64,000 bases of DNA, from NCBI RefSeq assembly GCF_001194135.2, contig NC_068990.1, positions 5,950,157-6,014,156 of the forward strand. The letters are read 5' to 3'. A program made the translations under genes and the position numbers. The notes under the pieces were generated by a model. That model saw only the letters and a program-made list of their open reading frames with translations. It searched no databases and was not told where the DNA came from. How positions within the stretch are numbered: the first letter of the stretch is position 1; each line of letters starts with the position of its first letter. This document shows positions 1 through 12,750 of the stretch, piece after piece. This DNA comes from Octopus bimaculoides (lineage: Eukaryota).

Positions 1-385
1 GTATTTCGTCTGCCGCTACGTTCTGAGTTCAAATTCCGCCGAGGTCGACTTTGCCTTTCATCCTTTCGGGATCGATTAAATAAGTACCAGTTACGCACTG
101 GGGTCGATATAATCGACTCAATCCGTTTGCCTGTCCTTGTTTGTCCCCTCTGTGTGTAGCCCCTTGTGGGCAGTAAAGAACTAAGAAACGTTAGCACACC
201 GGGTGAAATGCTTAGCGGTATTTCGTCGTCTGTCTTTACGTTCTGAGTTCAAATTCCACCAAGGTCGACTTTGCCTACCCTCCATTCGGGGTCGATAAAT
301 TAAGTATCAGTTGCGTACTGCGGTCGATCTATTTGACTGGGCCCCTCCCCCAAAGTTTCAAGCTTCGTACCTAGAGTAGAAAAGA
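1..385 (+). mobile_element. SINE family A dimer (tRNA-like head; central domain resembling Meta/MESC)
   Basis: Two units with B-box-like GAGTTCAAATTCC and core GTCGACTTTGCCTTTCATCCTTTCGGGGTCGATAAATTAAGTACCAG, repeated many times in the window; ends AGTAGAAAAGAAT. Confidence 0.85.
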
Positions 386-400
386 ATATCGTTTTCACTC

Positions 401-438
<38 letters not shown>

Positions 439-1178
439 NNNNNNNNNNNNNNNNNNNNNNNNNNNNNNNNNNNNNNNNNNNNNNNNNNNNNNNNNNNNNN
501 NNNNNNNNNNNNNNNNNNNNNNNNNNNNNNNNNNNNNNNNNNNNNNNNNNNNNNNNNNNNNNNNNNNNNNNNNNNNNNNNNNNNNNNNNNNNNNNNNNNN
601 NNNNNNNNNNNNNNNNNNNNNNNNNNNNNNNNNNNNNNNNNNNNNNNNNNNNNNNNNNNNNNNNNNNNNNNNNNNNNNNNNNNNNNNNNNNNNNNNNNNN
701 NNNNNNNNNNNNNNNNNNNNNNNNNNNNNNNNNNNNNNNNNNNNNNNNNNNNNNNNNNNNNNNNNNNNNNNNNNNNNNNNNNNNNNNNNNNNNNNNNNNN
801 NNNNNNNNNNNNNNNNNNNNNNNNNNNNNNNNNNNNNNNNNNNNNNNNNNNNNNNNNNNNNNNNNNNNNNNNNNNNNNNNNNNNNNNNNNNNNNNNNNNN
901 NNNNNNNNNNNNNNNNNNNNNNNNNNNNNNNNNNNNNNNNNNNNNNNNNNNNNNNNNNNNNNNNNNNNNNNNNNNNNNNNNNNNNNNNNNNNNNNNNNNN
1001 NNNNNNNNNNNNNNNNNNNNNNNNNNNNNNNNNNNNNNNNNNNNNNNNNNNNNNNNNNNNNNNNNNNNNNNNNNNNNNNNNNNNNNNNNNNNNNNNNNNN
1101 NNNNNNNNNNNNNNNNNNNNNNNNNNNNNNNNNNNNNNNNNNNNNNNNNNNNNNNNNNNNNNNNNNNNNNNNNNNNNN

Positions 1179-1215
<37 letters not shown>

Positions 1216-1794
1216 ATATGTTTGTACTTCATAGCCAAATCATACATCGCGCATTAATTTACATAAAAAGTATTAGCATATCCAATGTATGTTACATGAA
1301 TAGTTTGATAATAACGTTATCAGGAAGGCATAGTTATGCAAATTAGACTAGCTGTTGCTGCTCCCCTTGACTTGTGTTCGATATAACTCGATATAATACC
1401 TCTCTTTCTCTCACTCTTTCTCTCTCTCTCTTCCTCTCTGCGGGTGTATGTGTGTATTTGCGCGTGCGCATGAACATTGAAATAAAACTGCTTATTCGCT
1501 GACATTAATTCGTTAGTTCAATGTATTCAATATAGTCAGTTATTGGAAAATACTTGTCAAACTGTCTTTCTGTCTGTCTTTTTTTATGCCGCCTCCCTTT
1601 ATGCTTTTTACTAAATTGTTCATGAAGTAGAAAACTATTCAATTAACCATACTCTCCTTCCAACATTTTAGTTTTGGACAATTTTAAGATTCTGTTTTAG
1701 TATCTTATTTATTTCTGAAAGTGCAAGTAACAACAGGGGATTTGTTTTGATTTCAACGTTATCAATAGCGATGTCATGGTTCTACGCTACTTAC

Positions 1795-1816
1795 CGGTGC
1801 AGTGGTAGAATAGTCG
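1795..1816 (-). CDS. Candidate 22-nt exon of the minus-strand gene (frame uncertain)
   Basis: Acceptor ctaacttttatatttacttag| and donor CCG|gtaagt; open in all three frames (DYSTTAP / RLFYHCT / TILPLH). Confidence 0.35.
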
Positions 1817-2059
1817 CTAAGTAAATATAAAAGTTAGAGTAGAAAAATAGAATGTCTATGAGATACCATCGGAATGGATCGTCGCCGTCTATTGTATTAC
1901 TTCATTGCAAATTCCTATTAGTCTCATTTCAAATAGACACGAGGACGATATAGATTTCAGGGAGAATAACCAAAGAGAGTATTCTGACATTCAAGTCTTA
2001 GTTAAGCAGGAATTATACGAAATAGCTTCAAATGGAAATCGATCCTAGTGGAGACTCAC

Positions 2060-2115
2060 TGCACGCTTATCGCTACTCTTCATTGCTTGCCACACCATTT
2101 TGCTACATCCTGCTA
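2060..2115 (-). CDS. Weak candidate 56-nt exon (xAGCSKMVWQAMKSSDKRA)
   Basis: Donor GCA|gtgagt; acceptor tgtcctcag follows a (TA)n tract and is weak; one open frame (phase 1 to 0). Confidence 0.2.
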
Positions 2116-2117
2116 CT

Positions 2118-2196
<79 letters not shown>

Positions 2197-2325
2197 GAGA
2201 CAGAGAGACAGAGAGATAAATAGATAGATATTGAGTGTCATCATGCGATACGATTCACACACCTACTCTAACTACACGCCCCCAGAACATAAGATTTCTG
2301 AATAAATGTTTTGATAAACGAATAA

Positions 2326-2360
<35 letters not shown>

Positions 2361-3784
2361 AGTTCTTTTTTTAAAAATTCTAGGACATTAATACACAATT
2401 CACTGCGTTAGCATATCCATTATTTCATTATTTGTATTCTGGGAACAGATTTATTAGAGATAATTGCCGAAACCAAATAAAGCGCAAATCATATTAATTT
2501 TAGGTGCGATTTGAAATATGATAAGCAACATGAAACATTTAGAAGCCATATTTTATTGCGCTTTAAAATTAGGAAAATATACAAGTGATGTTCACTGATT
2601 GTAGGTTCCCATCCCATCGAGTTTAAGACAAACGTTTACTTTGTATTTTGAGGCCATTATATTTCAATAAAGCCCATTTTTATGATAACAGATATGCATT
2701 GGTAGGTTGACCCGCACAGGTCAGAAGAACTACATAGAAGTTTTAAACGTTAGCAACTAAATGGAACTACACAGAAATAGGGGTGTGGTCCAGAAATTGC
2801 ATTTCCGTACTCGCCATCAAAATATTGCAGAATATTTCATCAATAGATCATGCTAATTGTCGGTGTGTATTATTTTTCCAGATGTAAAATGAAATGAGAA
2901 AATCAAGGGGAGAAAAAGACGAAAAAAAAAAGAGAATTAATTGAAGAAAGTATAAAAGCAGTTATATAATAAGTGAATCGAACATGAATTTGATAGAAAC
3001 ATGGATTTGATATCGACTAAAAGACTGAAAGAGAAGGTAAGATTGAATGTAATTGATAGAGAAATAAAGTAAATTGCAAGGTTACAGCAGAAGAATTCTA
3101 TAACTTATTTTATGTTCATTCATGAGGTAATACGAATAAAAGAATTATTTTTAAGCCAGACCGAAGTTTGGCACTATATATTTCCTGTGGAATTTGGCTA
3201 GAAATTCAAAGGTAATAGAAAGGTTGATTGTTTAAGCATGAATGGAGATAGGAGCAAAAATGTAAAATTCTATTATAGACCGTAGAGCCATTCAGAAATA
3301 TACTGGGGTGAGTGAAGTAGAATAGCTGATGGCGATATGACTCTCTAGCTGAGCTTACATAAAAGTCAATGAAAGAATTTGTTTGGAGCTTAAAATAGAT
3401 TCGGAAGCGAATAAATCCGTACAGTATATGACAAGAAAGATGTGTGTGTGAGAGAGAGAGACAGAGACAGAGACAGAGACAGACAGACAGATAGAAAGAG
3501 AGACAGACAGACAGACAGAGACAGAGTGAGGCAGAGAGGCAGAAGGAGAGAAAGAGAACTTTGAAAGTAAAAGCGTTTAGTACAAGGGTTAGCAAGAGAA
3601 ATAGATAAAGTAAAAAGAAAAATAAGGAAAATTTAATGATACAATTTCGGAAAGAGATAAAAAAAAAAAAAGAGTATAGCACTTGCGTTTGTAAGAAGAG
3701 AGAGAAAAACAAGAAAGACAGAAATCTGGTTAAGGAAGATAAAATCGTAATATAAGAAGAAGCTGTGGGCATAGAGTAACTCTA

Positions 3785-3853
3785 TATAAGAATTGAACTA
3801 TTTGCTATTGTTGTTGCTGTTGTTGTTGCTGCTGCTTCCGCTGTTGCTGATGT

Positions 3854-3911
<58 letters not shown>

Positions 3912-3915
3912 AGCA
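3785..3915. repeat. (GTT/GCT)n-(GAT)n trinucleotide microsatellite
   Basis: Direct reading. Confidence 0.95.
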
Positions 3916-4046
3916 TTGTTGTTGATGTTATGTTTCAAGTTGATATTCTTTATTTTCATTGGTGTGGCTGGTGTTTAGTCCCAAGACAATTCTAATCGAA
4001 GAGACAAATCATCAAAGATGTTACAACCGCAATATATATATATATG

Positions 4047-4099
<53 letters not shown>

Positions 4100-4106
<7 letters not shown>

Positions 4107-4260
4107 CTATCGGTCTCTTTTGCAGAAATGCTGTGATACGGCAAGATATACACCAACACCAGTTGCCAAGTGGTGGGGGAGTAACACAATCACATACATG
4201 CGCAAACACACATGCACACACACACGCACATTACACACATGCACACACAGACGCACATTA

Positions 4261-4310
<50 letters not shown>

Positions 4311-4460
4311 TACATATATTCGACGAGCTTCTTTCAGTTTCCACCTGCTAAATCCACTCGCAAGGCTTTGGTCAACCCGAGCCTTTAGTAGAAGACGTTT
4401 GCTCAAGATGCCACGCAGTAGGAGTGAAACCGGAATCGTGCAGTTGGGAAGCACCACCTC
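4100..4460 (-). mobile_element. SINE family B (CORE-like) with internal (CA)/(TA) microsatellite, head cut by gap
   Basis: Matches copies at 6915 and 44295 (cgacgagcttctttcagtttcc...gtagaagac...gccacgcagt). Confidence 0.8.
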
Positions 4461-5637
4461 NNNNNNNNNNNNNNNNNNNNNNNNNNNNNNNNNNNNNNNN
4501 NNNNNNNNNNNNNNNNNNNNNNNNNNNNNNNNNNNNNNNNNNNNNNNNNNNNNNNNNNNNNNNNNNNNNNNNNNNNNNNNNNNNNNNNNNNNNNNNNNTT
4601 TAACCCTCCAACGCGGAGTATAGGCCACTTATAATTGAATTCTATGTCGCATAATTTCTCGCTTCTGTACTTATACTCTGCCATGAATATCCCCCTTTCT
4701 CTAGTTCCTTTTGTGTTGATCTACGCCACGAGTTCTTAGGCCTACACCTCTTTCTATATCCATCCGGATTCCACTGTAAAGCACTTTTCGCTACATTTGG
4801 TGTGTCTTTTCAACTTTTTCTTAAATATTTGCTCCCTAATCGAAACTTGATTCGTTCTTTGCCATAGCTCCATATTGCTTATGTGTTCGAGCCATATAAT
4901 TTTAAGTATACTACACAAGCACCTGTTGATGAATGATTGTATTTGCTTATTTGACTTAACTTTACCTTTTATATGTATATGTGTGGTTATATTTGCTTAT
5001 GGGAGTGAGAGTGAGCTTCCAAATGTATTCTTTGAATTAACACTTTTTTTAGTTCTTTCAAATTTCTTCCCATAACCTAATAATAATTTCTGCCAATTTC
5101 CTTTATTTTTTTTCTTCCATCTTACTTTCCATAATTTTTCCCTCGCCTCCGCTTCTTTCCTTTCTTTTCATGCATTTTTTTACATTTACAATTTGCTCGT
5201 TCCTCCCCCCCCCTTCCCCCTCTCCCTCTCTCTCTCTCTCTTTCTATTTTGTTTTATTCTTCCTTCCTTCCTTTCTTTGCCCTCTCTAACTTTCTATACG
5301 TCTTCTCCTCTCACAATATCTAGTTTGTTTCGATAACGTCATTTTACATTCCTAGCGTTCCTTGTTCGTATGTAAATATTTTGTTAATGAATAATCATGT
5401 ATATGTGCTTAAGTAAGTGTGTGTATGTGTATACAATTATGTGTTTGTGTCTATCGATGTTTTGGGATGTGTATGCTCCTGTGTATGTATTTGATCGTTT
5501 GTGTATAAGTATATGATAGTAAACGTATATTTTAGCAAAAGTATGTTTCTATGTCGTTGCAGCTAGAATATGTACTAGTATATGTGTAGCTATATTGGTA
5601 CACATATGTGTGAATATTTTTCTGCCTATGTATGTAT

Positions 5638-5679
<42 letters not shown>

Positions 5680-5682
<3 letters not shown>

Positions 5683-6408
5683 AAAAGTAACGCAATAATA
5701 CATTACGGAGGATATATCATAATCAATTATTATTTATGAATATATCGATGGCCAAACAGGTTATGATAAAATACATAGAAGAATGTTTATAATTATGAAC
5801 AAGTCAGAATTATTACTAAGAGGATTTCAAAAAACCCTTACATGTTTAGAAATAGCAGTCAAAACCGCTATAAAGTCACTATTATCACTCATATTATTTC
5901 TCCTCATAATAAAAGCTGCCTACAGGCGACATGACATATAGAATCCACAACTTAAAAATAAATGGCTTATTCCCTATTGCAATTTCGACGTTAGGAAGCT
6001 ATTAAGGATTCCATTCGTATCATCAGGGAATATTCCTATAGATAGAAATCAATACAAGACCTTACCTTGGGATTTACATGTATCCCGACCGGCAAGAATA
6101 ATGTGTCAACCTCTGTCTACACATTTAAGTTTTGAATTCAAATGTCATGCCCAGTGGTTTTGAGAAAAGACCGGTAAATTCGAGCCACCGCAAACCACCG
6201 GATATGATTTGGGAAAATTAAACAATTAAAAAGTAATGCAATAATACATATATATCATAAGCAATTAATAATTATTTATGAATATATCAATGGCCAAACA
6301 TGATATCATAAAATACACAGAAGAAGAATGTTTATAATTATAACTAAGGATTCTTACAATTTTAACTAAGAGGGTTTCAAAACCCCTTTCATGTTTAGAA
6401 ATAGCAGT
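5680..6408 (-). mobile_element. Partial tandem repeat (~547-bp period) carrying a hammerhead; probable Penelope-like pLTR or retrozyme remnant
   Basis: Imperfect ~180-bp direct repeats at 5680-5859 and 6226-6408 with a hammerhead motif between them; bounded by TA-rich microsatellites. Confidence 0.6.
5968..6032 (-). ncRNA. Minimal type-I hammerhead ribozyme
   Basis: UAUUCC-CUGAUGA-U-ACG..GGAA..UUCC..CGU-C-GAAA-UUGCA-AUA^GGGAAUA; palindromic helix III AUUGCAAU; predicted cut between 5975 and 5974. Confidence 0.7.
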
Positions 6409-6607
6409 ATATGTTTATGTGTATGTATATTAATGCGTGTGTATGTATATGTGTTTGTATACGTTTGTGTCTTCTTTTTTTTTTGTATGTATGTAATATT
6501 TATATTTACACGTCACCTATTTTATAGGACTTTCTATTTCTGTTAACATGTCTGCTTGATGAGTTTGTTATTCATATCCTTCCTGATAAGATTGATGCAC
6601 TGCTGAC

Positions 6608-6642
6608 CATAACTTATCCTGGCGGACATTTTTGGAGTGCAT
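6608..6642 (-). CDS. Weak candidate 35-nt exon (xCTPKMSARISY)
   Basis: Acceptor ctacatatgttttgacag|; weak donor ATG|gtcagc; phase 2 to 1. Confidence 0.25.
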
Positions 6643-6831
6643 CTGTCAAAACATATGTAGAAGACTTCAAGATATAAATGGTTTAACAACATCCCGAGCG
6701 ATCGTCTCCTTATACAATTTACCTATTTTCTACTAAATACGACTTACTACCCCAGAATTAAATCCTGGGCCACTTAAGCAGCATTTAGCCATCTTGTAAT
6801 TATTCCCTGGATTTTTCCTATCAATTGTAAC

Positions 6832-6914
<83 letters not shown>

Positions 6915-6920
<6 letters not shown>

Positions 6921-7114
6921 CTATTATTTGTTTCAGTCATTTGACTGCGGCCATGCTGAAGCACCGCCTTTAGTCGAGCAAATCGACCCCAGGACTTATT
7001 CTTTGTAAGCCTAGTACTTATTCTATCGGTTTCTTTTGCCGAACCGATACGGTACGGGGACGTGAACACACTAACATCGGTTGTCAAGCGATGGTAGGGG
7101 AACACAGACACACA

Positions 7115-7156
<42 letters not shown>

Positions 7157-7360
7157 NNNNNNNNNNNNNNNNNNNNNNNNNNNNNNNNNNNNNNNNNNNN
7201 NATAAGACGGGCTTCTTTCAGTTTCTGTCTACCAAATCCACTCACAATGCTTTGGTCGGCCCGAGGCTTCAGTAGAAGACACTTGCCCGAGGTGCCACGC
7301 AGTGGGACTGAACCCGAAACCTTGCGGTTGGGAAGCAAGTTCTTACCACACAGCCACTCT
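6915..7360 (-). mobile_element. SINE family B, near full length
   Basis: tRNA-like head (GAGTGGCTGTGTGGTAAG...GGGTTCAGTCCC), CORE-like CCTCGGGCAAGTGTC, internal (TA)n with gap, tail ...GACTGAAACAAATAATAG. Confidence 0.9.
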
Positions 7361-7929
7361 TAGGATCCAATAGAATCAATGTATTTAAAAAAAACAAAGA
7401 TACCAAAGTAGAGTCACGGATAGCGTACCCGTGCACCAATCGTGTGTACGGACTCTCAGGTTCTTACTAAAGTAAATTCGGATTTACTTAAGTAAATCCC
7501 GTTACACATACATTTACAAGTATATAGGTCAAATACGCAACGTATACATAAAGACACACAGGCGTATACTCAGGCTCACAGTCCACAGTACGCTATATTT
7601 GTAAAAGTATGTTTATGAAAGATAGCGATACGTTGAAGTTACACTGACTTGCAGAACTTCAAGACCCTCTTATGCTGTGAGCCAGAAAATACTATTGCTT
7701 TATACTAAACGCTTTTTCTCAATTCTGTTCTTTGTAATAGTAATCAATAATTCAATGTGCTTGTTGCTCTTACGTATTTGCCTCGTTGGTCAAAGGTAAA
7801 ATCACTATATTTCGCCAAGTTCATTATCAATAATTTATAAAGGGAAGCAGATGTGAGTGAGACAGAATTATTTTTGATACTTAGCTAAATCTGAAGAATA
7901 TCATAATTTTCTGAGTTCCAAACCTGAGA

Positions 7930-8520
7930 GATGACTTTATTATTCATTGTTCTGTGTCTAATATAAAATCTAAAGCTACACTTAGGTGCAAGTCCTCAAT
8001 TAGCAATATTGTTAAGGGTTCAAGTGATTTCATTGATATTGCTCCTACACTTCGTCACCAGGCCATTATTAACTTCCGCAAAGCTTTGATAAAACCCACA
8101 ATGGAGTATTATTCTCACGTCTGGGACTGTACTGCTTCCACACTCACCCAGATTTTCTAGTTCGCACCGGCGTGATTATGAAATCGATCTCCCTCGATCT
8201 CCAATGCCTAACCCATTGTTGTGTCGCCTTCCTCTCAGCTTCTTACTACTCCTAACAGCAATACTCTCTTCTCCTCGGAACTGGAAGGACTAATGCTGTC
8301 TCCACTCAGGCACCTCTTGTGTCTTCTCCTCCCATTCTCCGTATTGTGTCCATTTGTCATTCTCATCTGTCCAGTACTGTACCAACTCCGATTTCTTTTT
8401 ATTCCTTCCCAGAACGTCCTCCCACTGGAATTTCTTTCCTCTACATATTTTCTCTGCAGTTGTCAGTTTACAACTGTTGAGGAAGAGCATTAATCGCGTT
8501 GATATCACTTGTCTGGAAAA
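7930..8520 (+). mobile_element. Degenerate CR1/L2-group LINE, 3' part of RT ORF
   Basis: Frameshifted peptides FRKALIKPTMEYYSHVW and FLPRTSSHWNFFP...LQLLRKSINR resemble the CR1/L2 C-terminal motifs (YKxxIRPxxEY..VW; FPRTxxxWNxLP). Confidence 0.75.
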
Positions 8521-8764
8521 GCCTGACAAGCACCCTTCATTTCAACCAGATCATTAATATTATTGTTTATGGATAAACATCTGACACAAAAGGAGAGAAC
8601 ATCATTGTGTCATAAAAAAGATAACTCTTTCAAATAAATTATTGACAACCTGACCACTGTTACAACACCATTCTGCGATATACGGAAGCACTTATGTGTG
8701 GGGGGGGTGTCTTTACGCCTGTGAGCATGTGTGCGTGCGTGTGTATGTACGCATTTGACTCCAT

Positions 8765-8995
8765 ATCTTATTTCTTTATTGCCCACAAGAGGTTCAACAC
8801 AGAGGGAACAAACAAGGACAGACAAATGGATTAGGTCGATTAACTGGTACTTAATTTATCGACCCCGAAAGGCTGAAAGGCAAAGGCAAAGGCAAAATCA
8901 ACCTCAGCGGAATTTGAACTCAGAACGTAGCGACAGACGAAATACCACTAAGCATTTCGCCCGGTGAGCTAACGCTTCTGCCAGCTCACCGCCTT
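8765..8995 (-). mobile_element. SINE family A, long-tail variant
   Basis: Reverse complement of the 1-181 type unit including head AAGGCGGTGAGCTGGCAGAAGCGTTAGC. Confidence 0.9.
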
Positions 8996-10239
8996 GTTTC
9001 CATATCTGTCTTGACACATTTATAACCCGTAACTTAGAGCTGTAAATAGGCACCGATAAGATAAAATTCGAACTTCGAAATGAATCATTTGTACTGTATT
9101 ATATGTATTCGTCTAAGACCCTTCGAAACGAAGCTGTGGTATGGCCGCAGTTCACTAACTAAAATAATTAAAAGAAAAAGAGAATAATGGTTCGAACATT
9201 CTCAAATAATTTATTAAATTCAGATACGGTGGTATCAAATATCACCCCAAAAGCAACAATGCAATCACTCGCTATCGACGTGAACTCAGAACATGATTTC
9301 ATAAAACCAATGCAGTAGTTATGCAACCATTAAATTGCTGTTTGTAATTTTTCTTTAATCATTTCTTAAAAGTTTTCATGATTAGCCTTCCTCGCTTCAT
9401 GTTCTCGTTTAATTGATTTTGTTCTGAGGAGACATTTTTTCTTAACACGATTTCTCTTATTGCTTTCTTCTGTCGTCAGCGCTTAACTTCTTTTCTGTTC
9501 AGAGATATTGTACTTAATAAATGAACGGAGATGTTGTCTTGAGTTAAATTAATGGACGTCTTGAAAAATATATTTTGTACTGAGGTAATCAAGTTTTTAC
9601 TTACTTAAAACCTGATTAGCTAATATAATTCTTTTCCACGTGTATTGATAACACTTTCTTTCTTTCTTTCCTTCTTTCCTTCATAAGCGTTTGAAGAAAA
9701 GAAGAAACTTCTTTAAGGTCACTAAAACTACTAGAAATAACAATAAAATCTCTCTGAAACCAAATTTCTAAAAAGAGGAACACATCGGCTAATATACTCC
9801 TAGATACACCTAAAACGATGTTCATAGCTAGTTAACTTTAGGTCAATGGAATTCTTCGATCAAAATTGGTCTTGTATTAAATGACAGCAGCATAGGCAGA
9901 AATAAACACAAACGCAAAAATCACAGACAAACATACAAATACACAAATGCATACACGTTGCAATATACGTGGTACAATCTGTTGTAGAGTTATTTATTGA
10001 GAATAAGGAATAAGAATATAGGGGTATAAAGGTAGTATAATCCTTAATATATTATATTTATTAATCTTAGTCAGTTTCTCATAAATATCCTATATTCTTT
10101 CTGTGACTATGTTATAAATACTTTTCTATTTCTTCTTTAAATTTTTTCATATATTCCAGTAAATGGTTTCTACAAAAGGCACGTGAGTATCACTAGAATA
10201 ATACGGAAATATTTAACATTGAGATCAAAAATGGCTGAG

Positions 10240-10960
10240 TGTTTTTTGGCACGGGAGATGGATCGATGTTCAAAATACTTGGCTGTCAACGGGTAAGTCG
10301 ACAAATTACAAATATAAAGGTTTCATAGTAATAAGCAGTAACACGTGAGGTGATGTAATACATCACTGTAAGCTGTATTCGTTCTTCAACGACTACAATC
10401 AGAAATGTCAATAAGCACAAAAATATCCTCTAAAATCAGTAGACTCTTTTGTATGCATAAGACGTAACATTGCATTCACAGATAAGGATTTTAAAAGAAT
10501 TCACGCAAAAGCAGTAGGCTATTCTTAAAAGCTTCAGTGTCATCTGAAAGGAATCTGTGGACACCTGATGACTTTAAGTTTCGTTCGTGTCATTGTGGAA
10601 TCAGAAATGTCAATAAGCACCTAGCGGCAAGATTTGAGAAGGTTTACACTTATGTGTTACGAGTCAGTATGAATATCACATGGGAAAAGCATCCGACCAA
10701 ACAAAAACTGTATGGCAGTCTTCTTGCAATCACTGAAGTCCTTAGAAGAAAATGCATGCATTTTTGTGGGGAACACATTGCCGGATAGTTAAGCAAGAAC
10801 GTATTAGTGATACACTCCTGTAGATAAATATATAGAGTCGTCCAGCGAAAACCTTCATTGACCAGCTTTGTACTGACACGTGATGTTATCTTCCCGTTTT
10901 GTTAGTGTCATGTAAGGTGATGATAGGTGACATAATCGAGTCAAGAGTATCCGGGTAAGC
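10240..10960 (+). mobile_element. Degenerate RTE-X LINE fragment (RT C-terminus)
   Basis: LKSVDSFVCIRRNIAFTDKDFKRIHAKA (YLG region), YTYVLRVSMNITWEKHPTKQKLYGSL and RPAKTFIDQLC-like motifs. Confidence 0.75.
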
Positions 10961-11664
10961 TCAACCAGATAAAGCTACAGCTTAGTGAAACAAATTTGTG
11001 GACGATTTTAATTTTCTTTACTCCTACGGGAATATTTAAATGCTCAAGATTTCGGTGTCAACTGGAGGTTAGTTACCTCTACTACGGATAACTATGTGCT
11101 TTGAATGCGACAAAAGAGTTTTAGAGAGGATAGTGGTGGCAACGGACGTTTACTAAAGTATTCTGAAGTTGCAAAGAATGATAGATTTGAAAGTAACGAA
11201 TGAAACGGATGGAAGGCAAAGGAAAAGAGGATTACGTTTTGTGGGAAGGTTGTGCGCTGTTCGAGTGCTTAGATACTGTTTCATGAAATTCCGGATATAT
11301 CAGCATCTCACATTAGCAGAGCAAGGTGATGCAACCCCCTTTTTAATGAACAAATTCAACATATCTTCATCCCGCCTCCATTAGAGCTAATGTCTGTCTA
11401 CAATCACAAGCAGAAATTCTTTCCTGTGAGAAAACAACTACCTATTGAATAAAAGGTAAAGGGTGAATAGCCCTGCGAGAAATAACAGTCTCAAAGTACA
11501 ACCCATTTTCTTTAAAATGCAAGGAATCGTTAGATAATGTAGTCCAAGATATACAATACCTGGAGGGAAAAGACTGAGTGTCCGATTAATTGGCTTTAGT
11601 AATTCATCGATTTCAATCCATAAGAGACTACAATTATGATACGTCTTCTGTAATCTTCACAAAC

Positions 11665-12003
11665 ACACTTCATTTCAATGGCTGCTGGGCATGACTGTGG
11701 CTTTAAGCAGATTGATCAGCCTCCCTTTTCTCCTGATTCGGCCCCACTTGACCATCATCTATTCCCCAAAATGAAAAAGCACTTGACTGAGAACCAGTAC
11801 CGAAGGGATGATGACGTCATATCTACAGTTGATGACATTTTTTTAATATCAACAGGATGAAAGCTCCTTCACCAATACACTGCAACACCGACAGAAGAAA
11901 CGTGTGGACCGCAAGGTGGACGATGTTGAAAAAGAAACCTCCTTTAGTCACATTCCATGAAAGAATCCTGGTGAGCCTATTGACTTTTCAGCTGACCCGC
12001 GTA
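11665..12003 (+). mobile_element. Mariner transposase C-terminal remnant with 3' TIR
   Basis: QPPFSPDSAPLDHHLFPKMKKHL resembles the mariner HPPYSPDLAPSD motif; TIR-like end GACTTTTCAGCTGACCCGCGTA. Confidence 0.85.
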
Positions 12004-12311
12004 TGTGTTTCGGTACGTTACATGTAAGATTCAAACCCTGCCGGGGTAAACCATTTCGAAAATCGATAAACTTAAGTCGCTACACTCAAATACTGGAATT
12101 GACTTAATCGACTCGGCTCTACCCAAAGAGCTTTCAAGGCCTGTATATTCCTTCAAAACGAATATGATATCAGATGAGGATGATGGATAGGCAGAATTAT
12201 TAGAGCGTCGAACAAAACGTTTTAAGGCATTTGGTCCGGTTCCTTACGTTCAGTATTTAGCGTCGATAAAATTAAATACCAGTCAGGTACACGTGTACTG
12301 GTTGTACCTAC

Positions 12312-12331
12312 TCAAATTCCTGACCGTGTTC
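12312..12331 (-). CDS. Candidate 20-nt exon (EHGQEFx)
   Basis: Strong acceptor tttaataatttcttacatag|; donor GA|gtaggt; phase 0 to 2, compatible with the 13133-13181 exon. Confidence 0.3.
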
Positions 12332-12564
12332 CTATGTAAGAAATTATTAAAGCAAATGACGATACGAAATCTCCAGCTTGTTTCGTTATAAATATTTATT
12401 ATAAAACACAGCTTTCCCCCATTAAAACCTAACTGAATATTTTCCTCGGACAAACTCAAAAGCAAACTGATAAAACCCACCTAAATCTCATCTCTTTTCA
12501 AATTAACCCCCTCCAAAGTATTGCTTTTCGTCTCGTTTTTGGTTAGATATAGTAGCATTTTCTC

Positions 12565-12570
12565 TCTCAC

Positions 12571-12642
<72 letters not shown>

Positions 12643-12750
12643 TCTCCCTGTCTCCCTCTCTCTCTCCCTCTCGCTTCCTCCCCCCTCTCTCTCCCTCTCG
12701 CTTTCTCCCCCTCTCTCTCCCTCTCGCTTTCTCCCCCCTCTCTCTCTCTC
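12565..12750. repeat. (CT)n microsatellite / pyrimidine tract
   Basis: Direct reading. Confidence 0.95.

Noticed and set aside
300-1247. Long ORFs spanning N-runs (also near 4.5, 20.6, 40.5-41.1, 52.1-52.6 and 53.7 kb)
   Set aside because: Artefacts of assembly gaps and flanking dinucleotide repeats
10394-10620. 22-bp repeat AATCAGAAATGTCAATAAGCAC inside the RTE-X fragment
   Set aside because: Probably a microhomology-mediated rearrangement in a dead LINE; no functional implication
11077-11162. Minus-strand segment with strong acceptor and GAG|gtaact donor
   Set aside because: Stops in all three frames
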